A DNA stretch of 64,000 bases, from positions 273,907 through 337,906 of the forward strand of contig JAHFBF010000001.1 of the NCBI GenBank assembly GCA_023250195.1, read 5' to 3'. A program made the position numbers and the translations under genes. This document shows, one piece after another, positions 32,641-44,183 of the stretch. The first letter of the stretch is position 1, and the number at the start of each line of letters is the position of its first letter. The notes under the pieces were generated by a model. It saw nothing but the letters and a program-made list of their open reading frames with translations. It was not told where the DNA came from and did not search any database. Origin of the DNA: Candidatus Melainabacteria bacterium (lineage in GTDB: Bacteria; Cyanobacteriota; Vampirovibrionia; 2-02-FULL-35-15).

Positions 32641-32723
32641 ATAATGCTCCGTGCTTACGCACTTCGCTTTTATCGGTCAAACCTCTCCCTGGATCGGATT
32701 TACCGAATAAATCGGATAAATCC
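32641..32723. repeat. Family-B element, full-length copy, 3' of tRNA-Pro
   Basis: ataatgctccgtgcttacgcacttcgcttttatcggtcaaacctctccctggatcggatttaccgaataaatcggataaatcc. Confidence 0.7.
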
Positions 32724-32737
32724 TACCTCTACAAAAA

Positions 32738-32811
32738 TCGGGGCGACACGATTTGAACGTGCGACCCCCTGCTCCCAAAGCAGGTGCTCTACCAAGCTGA
32801 GCCACGCCCCG
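32738..32811 (-). tRNA. tRNA-Pro (anticodon TGG)
   Basis: Minus-strand read: CGGGGCG acceptor pairing with CGCCCCG, GCTCAGCTTGGTAGAGC D-arm, anticodon loop TTTGGGA, TTCAAAT T-loop, discriminator A. Confidence 0.9.
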
Positions 32812-32814
32812 AAT

Positions 32815-32850
32815 TCAGAAATCAGTTGTCAGAAATCAGAAAATCAGATT
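32815..32850. repeat. CAGAAATCAG tandem motif (reverse complement CTGATTTCTGA) 5' of tRNA-Pro
   Basis: cagaaatcagttgtcagaaatcagaaaatcagattc. Confidence 0.5.
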
Positions 32851-32915
32851 CAATTCTACTAACAATCGCTAGAATATTATATACCCTACTATAAGATATA
32901 TACTGATTTTTATAA

Positions 32916-35021
<2,106 letters not shown>

Positions 35022-35026
35022 TTGTA

Positions 35027-35082
35027 ATAAATCGGAATTATAATTATAGGATTTATCCCATTTATTGGGCAAATCCGATCCA
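35027..35082. repeat. Family-B element, inverted orientation, 3' of ligA
   Basis: ...gggcaaatccgatcca is the reverse complement of tggatcggatttgccc. Confidence 0.55.
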
Positions 35083-35147
35083 GCGAAAAGGATCTGCAGA
35101 AGAAAGCTCCAGATAAGCTGGAGCTTTATAAATAATAAAATAAACAC

Positions 35148-35498
35148 ATGAAAATATATAAATTAAACTCCTTAACTACAATTCTTTTTGGGTTTCTAAT
35201 TATCTGTCTTATTGTTTTTCTACCAATAATTTTTATTGAGGCCTTATGGAACTCTACAGTAGCAAAATCATATAGCAATTTTACTATTGATTTCTGGCAA
35301 GCATTGATTCTCTGGTTAATAGCACTGGTTGCACTAAACATTATAGGAATATTTAAGTTTGAATTTGCAGTAGAAACTACAGATACATTCGATAAAGATA
35401 TACTAACAAAGAAGCTTGAAGGCTTACAAAGCAAGCCTGAAGAGAACCCTGAAATTAAGCAAAATTCGACAAAAAAAGAGCCTTTAGATAAAAATTAA
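35148..35498 (+). CDS. small membrane protein (two TM helices)
   Basis: Hydrophobic helices; preferred over the antisense ORF 35126-35434. Confidence 0.3.
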   Translation: MKIYKLNSLTTILFGFLIICLIVFLPIIFIEALWNSTVAKSYSNFTIDFWQALILWLIALVALNIIGIFKFEFAVETTDTFDKDILTKKLEGLQSKPEENPEIKQNSTKKEPLDKN

Positions 35499-35570
35499 AG
35501 GGAATTTATTAAAATTTAACCTGCTCTTAATAAATTATTTCTGTTTTTTTGCTTTTTACTATATAGAACT

Positions 35571-36629
35571 ATGAAAATAAAACTATATTTTAATATCCTC
35601 TCTCTGCTTCTTTTTTTTATTGCCTGTTCATTACCGGCAAATAGCTCACCAGAAGAAAGATACGACAAAATTCTTGCAAAATTAGAACGCATAAAAGATA
35701 TTCAAAGTGAACAAGAAAAGAAAGAAGCCAAAGAACAAAATATAAAAGAAGACTCAAAAGACGAAAAGACCAAAACCAGAGAAGAAGCTGATATAACACC
35801 TGAAAATTGGGTTCTTACCTTTGATCATGCTCAACTACCAGATTTAAATGGCGTATGGCTGCTTACAAAAAAGACAATTAAAAGAAAAGCAAATCCTGTA
35901 CTCTCAAAGCCAATCACATTTGTACACTGCGCATCAAGGCTTCCATTTGAAAAAAGAGATTTTGAAGAAAAAGAAGTAGTTATTAGTTTAACAAGCCCTG
36001 ATTCGTTTTCAGTAATGGCAATTTATCCTATAACTGATGATATTTACTATGATCCAAATCAGAAAAAAGACATTGTATATCAGAATTTCAGTTTCAAAGG
36101 CATTATAAGACCTGAAAATATTACCTATGCTTATACATTAAAGCTAAAGAACCATATGGAGGAACCTGCACTTGCAAGACAATTATGGCTTAATGGAAAA
36201 CTTAAGTTCGAACACATTTCACAATCTATCATTAAAGCAAAAGGATATGAAGTTGAATATACCCCTGAATGTCGTGGTTTCATAATAGACGAAATCGCAT
36301 TTGAATTCAAAAAACAAACAGATATCTCCGGTGTAGGAGAAGGAACTATTGCAATGTCATTTTTTATAGAACAGGCTGCCAATGCAGCTGAAATAAGGGA
36401 TCCTGACAAAGGCAGCATATTACCTGAGCAAGGTAATATCCCAAATGAAAACAAGTCCTTACCAACACAATTCAATAGTGCAAAAGATAAATCAGGATTT
36501 GAAGCAAGTAATAATTACAAACCTATTGATATAGTTGAAAATCAAAAAGACAAAGGAATATCTGGATCTAAAAAACCTGGAGAACACCAGCAATACCAAG
36601 ACAGTATAAAGGTTCCTGGAATGTGGTAG
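35571..36629 (+). CDS. hypothetical lipoprotein
   Basis: Signal peptide with lipobox-like ...FFIAC. Confidence 0.4.
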   Translation: MKIKLYFNILSLLLFFIACSLPANSSPEERYDKILAKLERIKDIQSEQEKKEAKEQNIKEDSKDEKTKTREEADITPENWVLTFDHAQLPDLNGVWLLTKKTIKRKANPVLSKPITFVHCASRLPFEKRDFEEKEVVISLTSPDSFSVMAIYPITDDIYYDPNQKKDIVYQNFSFKGIIRPENITYAYTLKLKNHMEEPALARQLWLNGKLKFEHISQSIIKAKGYEVEYTPECRGFIIDEIAFEFKKQTDISGVGEGTIAMSFFIEQAANAAEIRDPDKGSILPEQGNIPNENKSLPTQFNSAKDKSGFEASNNYKPIDIVENQKDKGISGSKKPGEHQQYQDSIKVPGMW

Positions 36630-36632
36630 AAA

Positions 36633-36971
36633 TTATTTTTTTGTGGCAATCTTAAGTGCCTCTTCAAGAGTTTTAATTTTCTCTTCAAGCTGACTTATTT
36701 TTGAAGACTCCAGTTCATGATTTAATTTTGAATTTTCAAGTTGTCTTTTAAAATCATTTTTAGATAATTTTAAGGTTGAATTCATTGATATTAAAAATAA
36801 TAGTGTTGCAATACTGGATAAGATGACGCAAAATAAAATAAAAAATCCTACACTTGCTTTCAGGCTTAAAAAGGCAGTTTCAAAGGTTATTGTATTCGAA
36901 ATATTAAGAAAGACAAAAAGTCCTATTATTAAAAATATTACAATTGAAACAAGCTTAAGATTTAATTTCAT
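36633..36971 (-). CDS. small membrane protein with C-terminal coiled coil
   Basis: Two N-terminal TM helices, then a heptad-like region. Confidence 0.3.
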   Translation of the reverse strand: MKLNLKLVSIVIFLIIGLFVFLNISNTITFETAFLSLKASVGFFILFCVILSSIATLLFLISMNSTLKLSKNDFKRQLENSKLNHELESSKISQLEEKIKTLEEALKIATKK

Positions 36972-36987
36972 AAAACCCTTTCTTTAA

Positions 36988-37902
36988 TTATTTTACCTGA
37001 CTCTCCAGAAATTGTGTAATTCTTTCCGGAATATCAAGCTCAAGTTTAATTTCTTTCTTAGTTCTTGGATGGGTAAAAATTAATTTGTAAGCATGCAGCA
37101 TCATTTTATTAACAGGATCATTCTTCTTTCCATATGTAATATCACCAGCGATTGGATGTCCAATACTTTTCATATGAACCCTGATTTGATGCGTACGACC
37201 TGTTTCCAGTGTACATTCTAAGAAAGTAAACTTTTCAAATCTTTTTAGGACTTTCCAGTGAGTAATTGCATTTCTTCCACTGCTTACAACTGTCATTTTA
37301 TGCCTGTGAACCTTATCTCTGCCAATTGGCTTGTTTACAATTCCCTTGTCATGTATGATTTTCCCATAAACAATTGCCAGATAGTGTCTTTTTAACCTTC
37401 TCTCTTCTATTTGCTTTGCAATCTCAACATGAGACTTATCATTTTTACAGGCTATGATTAAGCCGGAAGTTTCCTTATCAAGCCTGTGAACAATTCCTGG
37501 TCTTAAAACACCATTAATCCCTGACAGCGAACTCTTGCAGTGACCTAAAAGGGCATTAACAAGGGTTCCTTTGTATACACCACTTGCCGGGTGGGTTACC
37601 ATTCCCTGCGATTTATTTACTACTATCACATCATTATCTTCAAAAACAACATCAAGTTTAATTTTTTCAGGCTCAATCTTTGTTTCTTCCAAATCAGGCA
37701 TAGAAACAAAGACCAGGTCATCCATCTTTAATCTATAACCTGATTTTGAAGATTTGTTATTTACAAGAATTAGATTTTCATCAATTAATTTTTGAATTAA
37801 TGTTCGACTTAGATCTTTAAGAGAGGCTAAAACAAAGCGATCCAGTCTCTCCCCAGAAGATTCACTTGGAACAGTTAATGTCATTTGATTAGTCATATCC
37901 AC
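36988..37902 (-). CDS. rluD: 23S rRNA pseudouridine synthase (RluA family, RluD-like) with S4 domain
   Basis: HRLDKETSGL catalytic Asp motif; N-terminal S4-like domain. Confidence 0.8.
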   Translation of the reverse strand: MDMTNQMTLTVPSESSGERLDRFVLASLKDLSRTLIQKLIDENLILVNNKSSKSGYRLKMDDLVFVSMPDLEETKIEPEKIKLDVVFEDNDVIVVNKSQGMVTHPASGVYKGTLVNALLGHCKSSLSGINGVLRPGIVHRLDKETSGLIIACKNDKSHVEIAKQIEERRLKRHYLAIVYGKIIHDKGIVNKPIGRDKVHRHKMTVVSSGRNAITHWKVLKRFEKFTFLECTLETGRTHQIRVHMKSIGHPIAGDITYGKKNDPVNKMMLHAYKLIFTHPRTKKEIKLELDIPERITQFLESQVK

Positions 37903-37917
37903 CTTTAAGCGTCATTG

Positions 37918-38015
37918 CGAGGGCTTTAGCCCGAAGCAATCTCATCAACTTTTTCACATTTATGAGATTGCTTCGTCAGTCCTCCGGACTTCCTCGCAAT
38001 GACGTGTCACGTTTT
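37918..38015. repeat. Family-A RPE-like element, copy A4, overlapping the 3' end of lspA (supplies the last 13 codons of the ORF)
   Basis: gcgtcattgcgagggctttagcccgaagcaatctc...gagattgcttcgtcagtcctccggacttcctcgcaatgacgtg. Confidence 0.75.
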
Positions 38016-38485
38016 CTAGAAACAAACCACCCAATTAAAATCAATACTACTCCAATATCAATAGATACATCAGCCAGATTAAAAACAGCAAAATTAAAAA
38101 ACTGCAGATCAAAGAAATCTATAACACCACTATGAACAAATCGATCTATTAAATTCCCCATAGTGCCGCCTAAAATACATGCACAGCCTGTTTTAATCAT
38201 GCCGTTTAAGGTTACGACAGGACAAAATGTCAAATAAGAAAAAATCAAAACATTTACAACTCCAAGAAGTTGAAAAAAAACAGGATACTGTCTGAGAATA
38301 CTAAACGCACCACCTGTATTCTGCACTATTGTAAATTGCATAAATCCCGGAATAAAAGGTTTACTGTTATTTAAACCAATATCAAAAAGTAAGTATTTTT
38401 TTGATAATTGATCAAAAATAACAATTGAAAAAAAAAGAAAGAAGTTTAATATTAACCTCTTTTTATAGCCTTCAGAAAATTCCAT
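37976..38485 (-). CDS. lspA: lipoprotein signal peptidase (signal peptidase II)
   Basis: Four TM helices; conserved ...NTGGAFS... and ...FNLAD... blocks. The C-terminal tail is encoded by element A4. Confidence 0.75.
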   Translation of the reverse strand: MEFSEGYKKRLILNFFLFFSIVIFDQLSKKYLLFDIGLNNSKPFIPGFMQFTIVQNTGGAFSILRQYPVFFQLLGVVNVLIFSYLTFCPVVTLNGMIKTGCACILGGTMGNLIDRFVHSGVIDFFDLQFFNFAVFNLADVSIDIGVVLILIGWFVSRKRDTSLRGSPED

Positions 38486-38611
38486 AGTTTTTATTCACCG
38501 CCCTCCTCACTCATTCTTCGCTTACTCACCTCGCTTCGTGGGCGAAGCGGGTCGGGCTTTGCCAAGTTCATTATTCTAGTCAAGTTACACATGCTGAATA
38601 GTTACTCATAA

Positions 38612-39460
38612 TTATATTTCAGTTTCATCATTTGAATCGTTGTCTTCAATGGATCTCCCAACAACCCCTCTTTTACTTGTTCTAAAAAAGTTTACCAGTT
38701 TTTTTATTTCATCAAACTGCACAAGTTCGCTTTCTACCTTCTCAAGTGCATTTGCAGCATTGAAACCGGACAGATAAATTAACTTATATGCTTTTACCAG
38801 TTCAGTTCTTACTTCAGCTTTAATTCCACGTCTTCGAAGCCCAACTTTATTTACCCCTTTAATTTTTGCCGGTCTACCATCAGCCATAAAATAAGGAGGA
38901 AGATCAAGTCTGGTTCCTGTCATTCCACCAACCATGGCGGATTCTCCTATACGACAATGCTGATGAGCTACACACAGCGCACTAATAAAAACAAAATCTT
39001 CAACAATGGCATAGCCGGCAAGAATTGATGAGTTAGCCATAATTACATTATTTCCAACCTGAGCATTATGAGCGATGTGAGCACAGTTCATTAAAAAACA
39101 ATTTTTCCCTATTACCGTAAATCCTTCTTTTACTGCTCTGTGAATGGTTACATACTCTCTTATAACTGTATTCTCACCAATTTTTACTCCCGTAGGTTCA
39201 TCTTTATAGCTTATGTCCTGAGGCGGTAGACCAATACTGCAGGCAGCAATCAATTTACAATTTGCTCCAATTTCTGTTTTACCTTCAATAATTACATACG
39301 GACCAATAAAAGTATTTTCTTTAATTTCAACATCAGGTCCTATAACACAATAAGGGCCAATACTTACACCAGGAGCAATTTTTGCTTCAGGTGCTATTAT
39401 TGCTGTCGGGTGTATTGTTGTGGGAGACTGGTTTATCAGACCTGTAGCATTTGACATCAT
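38612..39460 (-). CDS. lpxA: acyl-ACP--UDP-N-acetylglucosamine O-acyltransferase
   Basis: Left-handed beta-helix hexapeptide repeats throughout; LpxA-type C-terminal helical domain. Confidence 0.85.
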   Translation of the reverse strand: MMSNATGLINQSPTTIHPTAIIAPEAKIAPGVSIGPYCVIGPDVEIKENTFIGPYVIIEGKTEIGANCKLIAACSIGLPPQDISYKDEPTGVKIGENTVIREYVTIHRAVKEGFTVIGKNCFLMNCAHIAHNAQVGNNVIMANSSILAGYAIVEDFVFISALCVAHQHCRIGESAMVGGMTGTRLDLPPYFMADGRPAKIKGVNKVGLRRRGIKAEVRTELVKAYKLIYLSGFNAANALEKVESELVQFDEIKKLVNFFRTSKRGVVGRSIEDNDSNDETEI

Positions 39461-39478
39461 AAAAATAGTTTAACATAT

Positions 39479-39520
39479 GAGATTGCCACGTCGGCACTTT
39501 GCGCCTCCTCGCAATGACAA
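39479..39520. repeat. Family-A element, right-half fragment (copy A5)
   Basis: gagattgccacgtcggcactttgcgcctcctcgcaatgaca. Confidence 0.55.
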
Positions 39521-39523
39521 AGT

Positions 39524-39982
39524 ATGACAGACATCCCAACCCAAATACAATTTGAATCTTTGGACAAAGTATTGTCAGAATCAATAGACAAAGAAATTCT
39601 TTTAAATCTTGATCATTATTTAAATCTTGTAAGAGAAAGAAGTCGTGCTCTGGCATCAAGTCTAAAAAGATGTTTTGACAATGCAAGAAACAGCATGAGA
39701 TATGTACTTGTTTATAATCTCGGGAAAGAAGATTTTAAAAATAAAATTTGCATCAAAGAAAAAGAGCTGCAAAAATATCTGGAGAACTATTTAAAAGACT
39801 ATTTTGAAAAGAACGATTTTATGCATTACAGAGAATTTGTAAGACTGCTGCGTGCATGCACTATAGATACAGGTGGAAAAGTAAGCTCACCAATTAAAGA
39901 AATTTATAATAGTTTTTTCTTAGGTAAGAGACTAACTGCTGCTTATAAACTTGGCTTAGCAGATAAAGTAAGAATAGAATAA
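39524..39982 (+). CDS. hypothetical protein
   Basis: 152-aa ORF with no motif. Confidence 0.35.
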   Translation: MTDIPTQIQFESLDKVLSESIDKEILLNLDHYLNLVRERSRALASSLKRCFDNARNSMRYVLVYNLGKEDFKNKICIKEKELQKYLENYLKDYFEKNDFMHYREFVRLLRACTIDTGGKVSSPIKEIYNSFFLGKRLTAAYKLGLADKVRIE

Positions 39983-39997
39983 AACAATTTCTATAAA

Positions 39998-40285
39998 CTA
40001 TGCACTTGCTACTTCAGATGCTTCTTCATATGTTGAATTAGCTTGTACTGCTGGACGAACCGCCTGTGCTTGTGCCTGTACTTCTGCTTTTCCTTGAGCT
40101 TTTTGATCCGGTGGATGTCCATTAGGGTTATTATGCACAGCTGCCACATTTCTTGAAGCCTCTATTGCCCCTCTTAAAAACATATACGGAAGTAGTGGCA
40201 TTGCTGGTACAAAAAAACAACATGCTCCAGCGGCAAGAATACCTTTCAGTCCACCTCTAATACCTGCAGTAACTGCATCTACCAT
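39998..40285 (-). CDS. small hydrophobic protein with AQ-rich tail (orphan, GC-richer)
   Basis: GILAAGACCFFVPAMPLLPYMFL hydrophobic segment; ...QAQAQAVRPAVQA tail. Confidence 0.35.
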   Translation of the reverse strand: MVDAVTAGIRGGLKGILAAGACCFFVPAMPLLPYMFLRGAIEASRNVAAVHNNPNGHPPDQKAQGKAEVQAQAQAVRPAVQANSTYEEASEVASA

Positions 40286-40517
40286 GTTGCTATCCTCAAA
40301 AACCTTTTAGTTTACAGATATATAAAGTATGCTATTCCAAAAACTTGATACTTTTAACCTTCTATTAACTAATCTCATGTTGAAATAGGCTCATTTATAA
40401 AATTTCAATAGTTACTATCAACTTTTTCTTAGTGTCTGCCTTTTACTATCAGAGCCAACCTCTGGATTGGCTATATTTAAGAACTATTTAAGAAAAAATA
40501 TTTAAGGAATTATATAA

Positions 40518-41156
40518 ATGGGATTTGATCCAATAGCACTTATTAAAGCACCATTTCTGACTAATTTTAGTATGCAGGGAAGATGCGGCCTTATAGCTAT
40601 TAACTCTGGTGCCAATTTACTTATACCTGGCGAAGCTGACCATGAAATTATACCTATGAGCAGTGGTCCCCTGGGCTTTCTAGATAAAACAGTAGGATTC
40701 CTCGGCTTTGCTCTCCTTTGGCCTGGACTTATATTCACCCCAATAGGTGCTGCACTATTCGGTGCAGTTCTCTTATTCTCTGCATTGAGAAGTGTAAATT
40801 CTCTTGGAAATTTAATTGGATCTATATGCTCTATGGATCTTGGTGGAATACTAAAGAACGGACTTTGTCTATTAGGAAACCTTATTACTTTCTTACCTTT
40901 TGGGAAATTATTTAGTGTGGGGCCTCTTAAGATGTTGACTAAGATAAAAGCTGATGCTGTTATTGCTGGTGGAGGTTTTCAAGGTCACATGCTTGCAGGT
41001 GCTGAAAACATATATGGTACCGAACTTGCATATGGAGTTACCAGGACAATGACATATAACGGCGCTACTCGTACTGTACAAACAGGTGGATTACACGGTT
41101 TACTTAATCCTACAAGCTGGTTTAACGGCTTAAAAGTCTCATTAGGAATCCCGTAA
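40518..41156 (+). CDS. glycine-rich polytopic membrane protein (orphan, divergent from 39998-40285)
   Basis: 212 aa; long bilobed hydrophobic stretch VGFLGFALLWPGLIFTPIGAALFGAVLLFSAL; multiple GxxxG motifs. Confidence 0.45.
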   Translation: MGFDPIALIKAPFLTNFSMQGRCGLIAINSGANLLIPGEADHEIIPMSSGPLGFLDKTVGFLGFALLWPGLIFTPIGAALFGAVLLFSALRSVNSLGNLIGSICSMDLGGILKNGLCLLGNLITFLPFGKLFSVGPLKMLTKIKADAVIAGGGFQGHMLAGAENIYGTELAYGVTRTMTYNGATRTVQTGGLHGLLNPTSWFNGLKVSLGIP

Positions 41157-41227
41157 TTTATATTTTAATTTCTTAGAATAACAGCTTTAATTTCACTATA
41201 TTCAAATCTGAGACAATATAAGAAGGT

Positions 41228-41572
41228 ATGAGACTTTTCTATATTTTTTTAATCTTATTTATTCTTTCTTACTCTAATCCCATATCAGCAAAATCTGACT
41301 TTCCAGGCAAAGCTCTTTTCTACAATTCAAAAGGAAAATTCGGATCGTGCAATCACTGTCATAGTCTTGATGGTTCAAGTCGCAGATGGAATTTTGAAAC
41401 TCAGTCTATAGATACCGAAGAAGGCAGAAAAATCCCCTCGCTTAAAGGGGTTGGAAAAAGAAAAGACCAGGATCAAATTCAAAGGTCAATTCAAATGATG
41501 AGAAAAATGTTTGGTTTTAAATTAACAGATGAACAAATATCACAACTAGCAGAATATCTGGGAACCCTGTAA
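41228..41572 (+). CDS. small secreted mono-haem c-type cytochrome candidate
   Basis: Signal peptide; single CNHCH (CxxCH) motif; Met-rich segment about 50 aa downstream. Confidence 0.45.
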   Translation: MRLFYIFLILFILSYSNPISAKSDFPGKALFYNSKGKFGSCNHCHSLDGSSRRWNFETQSIDTEEGRKIPSLKGVGKRKDQDQIQRSIQMMRKMFGFKLTDEQISQLAEYLGTL

Positions 41573-41623
41573 TTTGATTTGTTTTCATTAATTATTGTGA
41601 TTAATATTTTTTTACGTCATTGC

Positions 41624-41712
41624 GAGGGCTTTAGCCCGAAGCAATCCCGAACTGTTTACGTAAAAGCAAGCGAGATTGCCACGCCTCACTTTGTTCGGCT
41701 CGCAATGACATG
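41624..41712. repeat. Family-A RPE-like element, copy A6, immediately 5' of (and readable in frame with) the OMP gene
   Basis: cgtcattgcgagggctttagcccgaagcaatcccgaactg...gagattgccacgcctcactttgttcggctcgcaatgacatg. Confidence 0.75.
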
Positions 41713-42697
41713 TTTAGTAATCTTTTTTCTCCTCACAATCAATATCTCTTTTGCCAAAGAACCAAAAATTGTAGACTACAACAAAGAAAATAAAACAATA
41801 AAAGTAGAAATTGAAGGAAAAGAGTATACCTTAGATGTCCCTGTTGAAGAGCCAGAACCATTACACCCAACGCTTCTACAGGGCAAAGTAAAGAAAGAGT
41901 ATGCTAAAGGCCCTGCCACTAGCACAGTAGGAGCAAGACTATTTAATATCCCTACAGATACTCTCCTGCCTAAAAAAGGATTTGGATATGATTTTACTCA
42001 CCGATTCGCTCAAGCCATTGACAACAGCACAAATCATGATGTTTATGGTTTAGACGGTTTTGCTTACACAGGCATTGGGTTATATTACGGAATTACAAAT
42101 AATCTTGAAGCACATATATTCAGATCAAGTCTTACTGATGCTTCTGAATTTGGAATAAAATTCAGGATGTTTAAGGAAGCAAAAAAATGGGGAGAAGGCG
42201 CACCATTTGGATTAACCTTGTCAAGCGGATTTCAAACCGATAATATTCAAAACTCTATAGATCCCTATGTTCAGGCAATTTTTTCAAAAGTGATTATTCC
42301 AGGCTGGATGAAAGTATATATTGTGCCCTCGTGGGCATTTAGAACACCAACCATTGGAAGCCCCGGTTCAAAGTCAGCAAATTTTTTTACTTTCAGCGAT
42401 CCAAAGCATAGAGAATTCATAAAAGACAGAGGTACATTTGCATTGCCTATTGGCGCTTCACTTCAGATAGTTCCAAACAGGCTTTCTTTATTTGGAGAAT
42501 ATACTCCCGTTCTTGGTGGTTATAAAGAAGTAAATAATGCATGGGCTTTTGGTTTACAAATTTTATCCAGGCTTGAAACACATGTGTGGACACTGGGAGT
42601 ATCCAATGTTCCTTACACAACTTTTGGACAGTTTATAACCGGTGGTCCATCAAATAATTTACACTTTGGGTTTAATTTAACAGCTAGGATAAAGTGA
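41705..42697 (+). CDS. outer-membrane beta-barrel protein candidate (start chosen at MTCLVIFF... signal peptide; the ORF track extends to 41579 through the repeat)
   Basis: Signal peptide then alternating amphipathic strands rich in aromatic residues and Gly. Confidence 0.4.
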   Translation: MTCLVIFFLLTINISFAKEPKIVDYNKENKTIKVEIEGKEYTLDVPVEEPEPLHPTLLQGKVKKEYAKGPATSTVGARLFNIPTDTLLPKKGFGYDFTHRFAQAIDNSTNHDVYGLDGFAYTGIGLYYGITNNLEAHIFRSSLTDASEFGIKFRMFKEAKKWGEGAPFGLTLSSGFQTDNIQNSIDPYVQAIFSKVIIPGWMKVYIVPSWAFRTPTIGSPGSKSANFFTFSDPKHREFIKDRGTFALPIGASLQIVPNRLSLFGEYTPVLGGYKEVNNAWAFGLQILSRLETHVWTLGVSNVPYTTFGQFITGGPSNNLHFGFNLTARIK

Positions 42698-42704
42698 CAC
42701 GAAG

Positions 42705-42800
42705 TGTCATTGCGAGCCGAATGAAATGAAGCGTGGCAATCCCAAACTATTTACATAAAAACGATCGGGGTTGCTTTGCCTGAGACAGGCTCGCAATGAC
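42705..42800. repeat. Family-A RPE-like element, copy A7 (convergent intergenic)
   Basis: gtcattgcgagccgaatgaaatgaagcgtggcaatc...ggctcgcaatgac; preceded by a gtgacacgaagtgtcat hairpin. Confidence 0.7.
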
Positions 42801-44029
42801 TAAATATTTCCTACAATCCTATCAATCAATTTGATGTTCCTTTTCTGCTGCGGGTCCCAGATAGTTGAATTCATTTTTTCCAGTCCATCCTTATAACCCA
42901 AATCTATAAGTGCCTTACTGTAATAAGGATTAAAAAAGAAGTAACTTAAAAGATCTCCGCGTAAATGTCCTTTTAAGTTTCCTAATTTAAAAAGCCAATC
43001 CAGCGTACGAAAATTTTTTCTTGTATCAGGAAACCTGTCCCATATATCTTCTGCAATCTCACTTATAGGTACACTTGGAGAAACAAGGAGATCGGGGATT
43101 ATCCTCCATGGCTTGGAGCCTTTTTTTATTCTTTGTTCATTTATTTTCTCTAACAGAGCAGGATCATCAATGGATTCTAAAATCTCATTTACCATGTTCA
43201 ATCTCTGAGTATCAAATCTTATATGATCCAAAAAAAGTGCATTTAAAAGTTTTCCGACATTTTGCAAAAGCCCGGGCTTTTCAATATCTGCACTAAATCT
43301 TTCCTCAGTAAAGTGAAGCCCCACAATAACAAGCGCATCTGCCCCTAAAGTTAATGCAGGCGATAAAGGAGTATTCTGCCTTAAACCTCCATCGCAAAAC
43401 CAGTCTTCATGATCTTCATTGTGATCTTTAAATTTTATATACTCCGGCTTGAAGAATATTGGAATTGCTGTAGAAGCAAGCGCATGTGTAGCAGTAATTG
43501 TATCTGGAACAAATCTTGCATGAGAATCTCTAGGTATAACACTTATACAGCTTGGATCATAAGATTCATAAAATATGATTGATTTTCCACTTGTAACAGA
43601 AGTTCCAGTAACAGTTAAAGCATAGATTAATTCATTGTCAATATTTTTTCTTATCTGCTCCCAGCTGATTTCATTTTCCAAGATTCGCTTTAATGGCGTG
43701 TTATCAAGCAGCCCCTGAAAATCCGGCTGCCCCAATCTAAGAGAACCAAGAAAAGATCTAAGTCCTGCATGTGCCCAGTTTTCTATAAAAACCTGTTCTC
43801 TTTTTAGGGTAAGCCAGTAGCGTTCAAGCCCCTCAATAATTTTTTCAGCCGGTAAATGTACAAGTGAACTTAAAAAACAGGCATTAACTGATCCAACACT
43901 TGTACCGCAAATAATTTTGAAACCACCGTATTTCTGGAACTCTGGAATTAGTGCTTTCAACACACCAACTTCATATGCTCCTCTTGCCGCTCCACCTGAT
44001 AAAACCAGCGCTATTTTTCTGTCAGCCAT
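42800..44029 (-). CDS. patatin-like phospholipase
   Basis: GGAARG oxyanion motif and GTSVGS (GxSxG) nucleophile. Confidence 0.8.
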   Translation of the reverse strand: MADRKIALVLSGGAARGAYEVGVLKALIPEFQKYGGFKIICGTSVGSVNACFLSSLVHLPAEKIIEGLERYWLTLKREQVFIENWAHAGLRSFLGSLRLGQPDFQGLLDNTPLKRILENEISWEQIRKNIDNELIYALTVTGTSVTSGKSIIFYESYDPSCISVIPRDSHARFVPDTITATHALASTAIPIFFKPEYIKFKDHNEDHEDWFCDGGLRQNTPLSPALTLGADALVIVGLHFTEERFSADIEKPGLLQNVGKLLNALFLDHIRFDTQRLNMVNEILESIDDPALLEKINEQRIKKGSKPWRIIPDLLVSPSVPISEIAEDIWDRFPDTRKNFRTLDWLFKLGNLKGHLRGDLLSYFFFNPYYSKALIDLGYKDGLEKMNSTIWDPQQKRNIKLIDRIVGNI

Positions 44030-44183
44030 ATTAGTAAATTTCTACCCAAAAACAATTCATCTAGCACATCATATTAATGATATAACTTTTGAAAGATGAT
44101 ATTGATGATGTTAAACAAGTAATAATCATATATTTAGGTATAATTATTACTGTAGATAATAGAGCAGGAAAAAAGGGGAATAA

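Noticed and set aside
32611-32862. 83-aa ORF on the plus strand.
   Set aside because: It lies across a family-B repeat and the minus-strand tRNA-Pro; the translation is repeat-derived low complexity.
35126-35434. 102-aa minus-strand ORF.
   Set aside because: It overlaps the plus-strand 35148-35498 ORF, which has two convincing TM helices. The minus ORF translation is low complexity.
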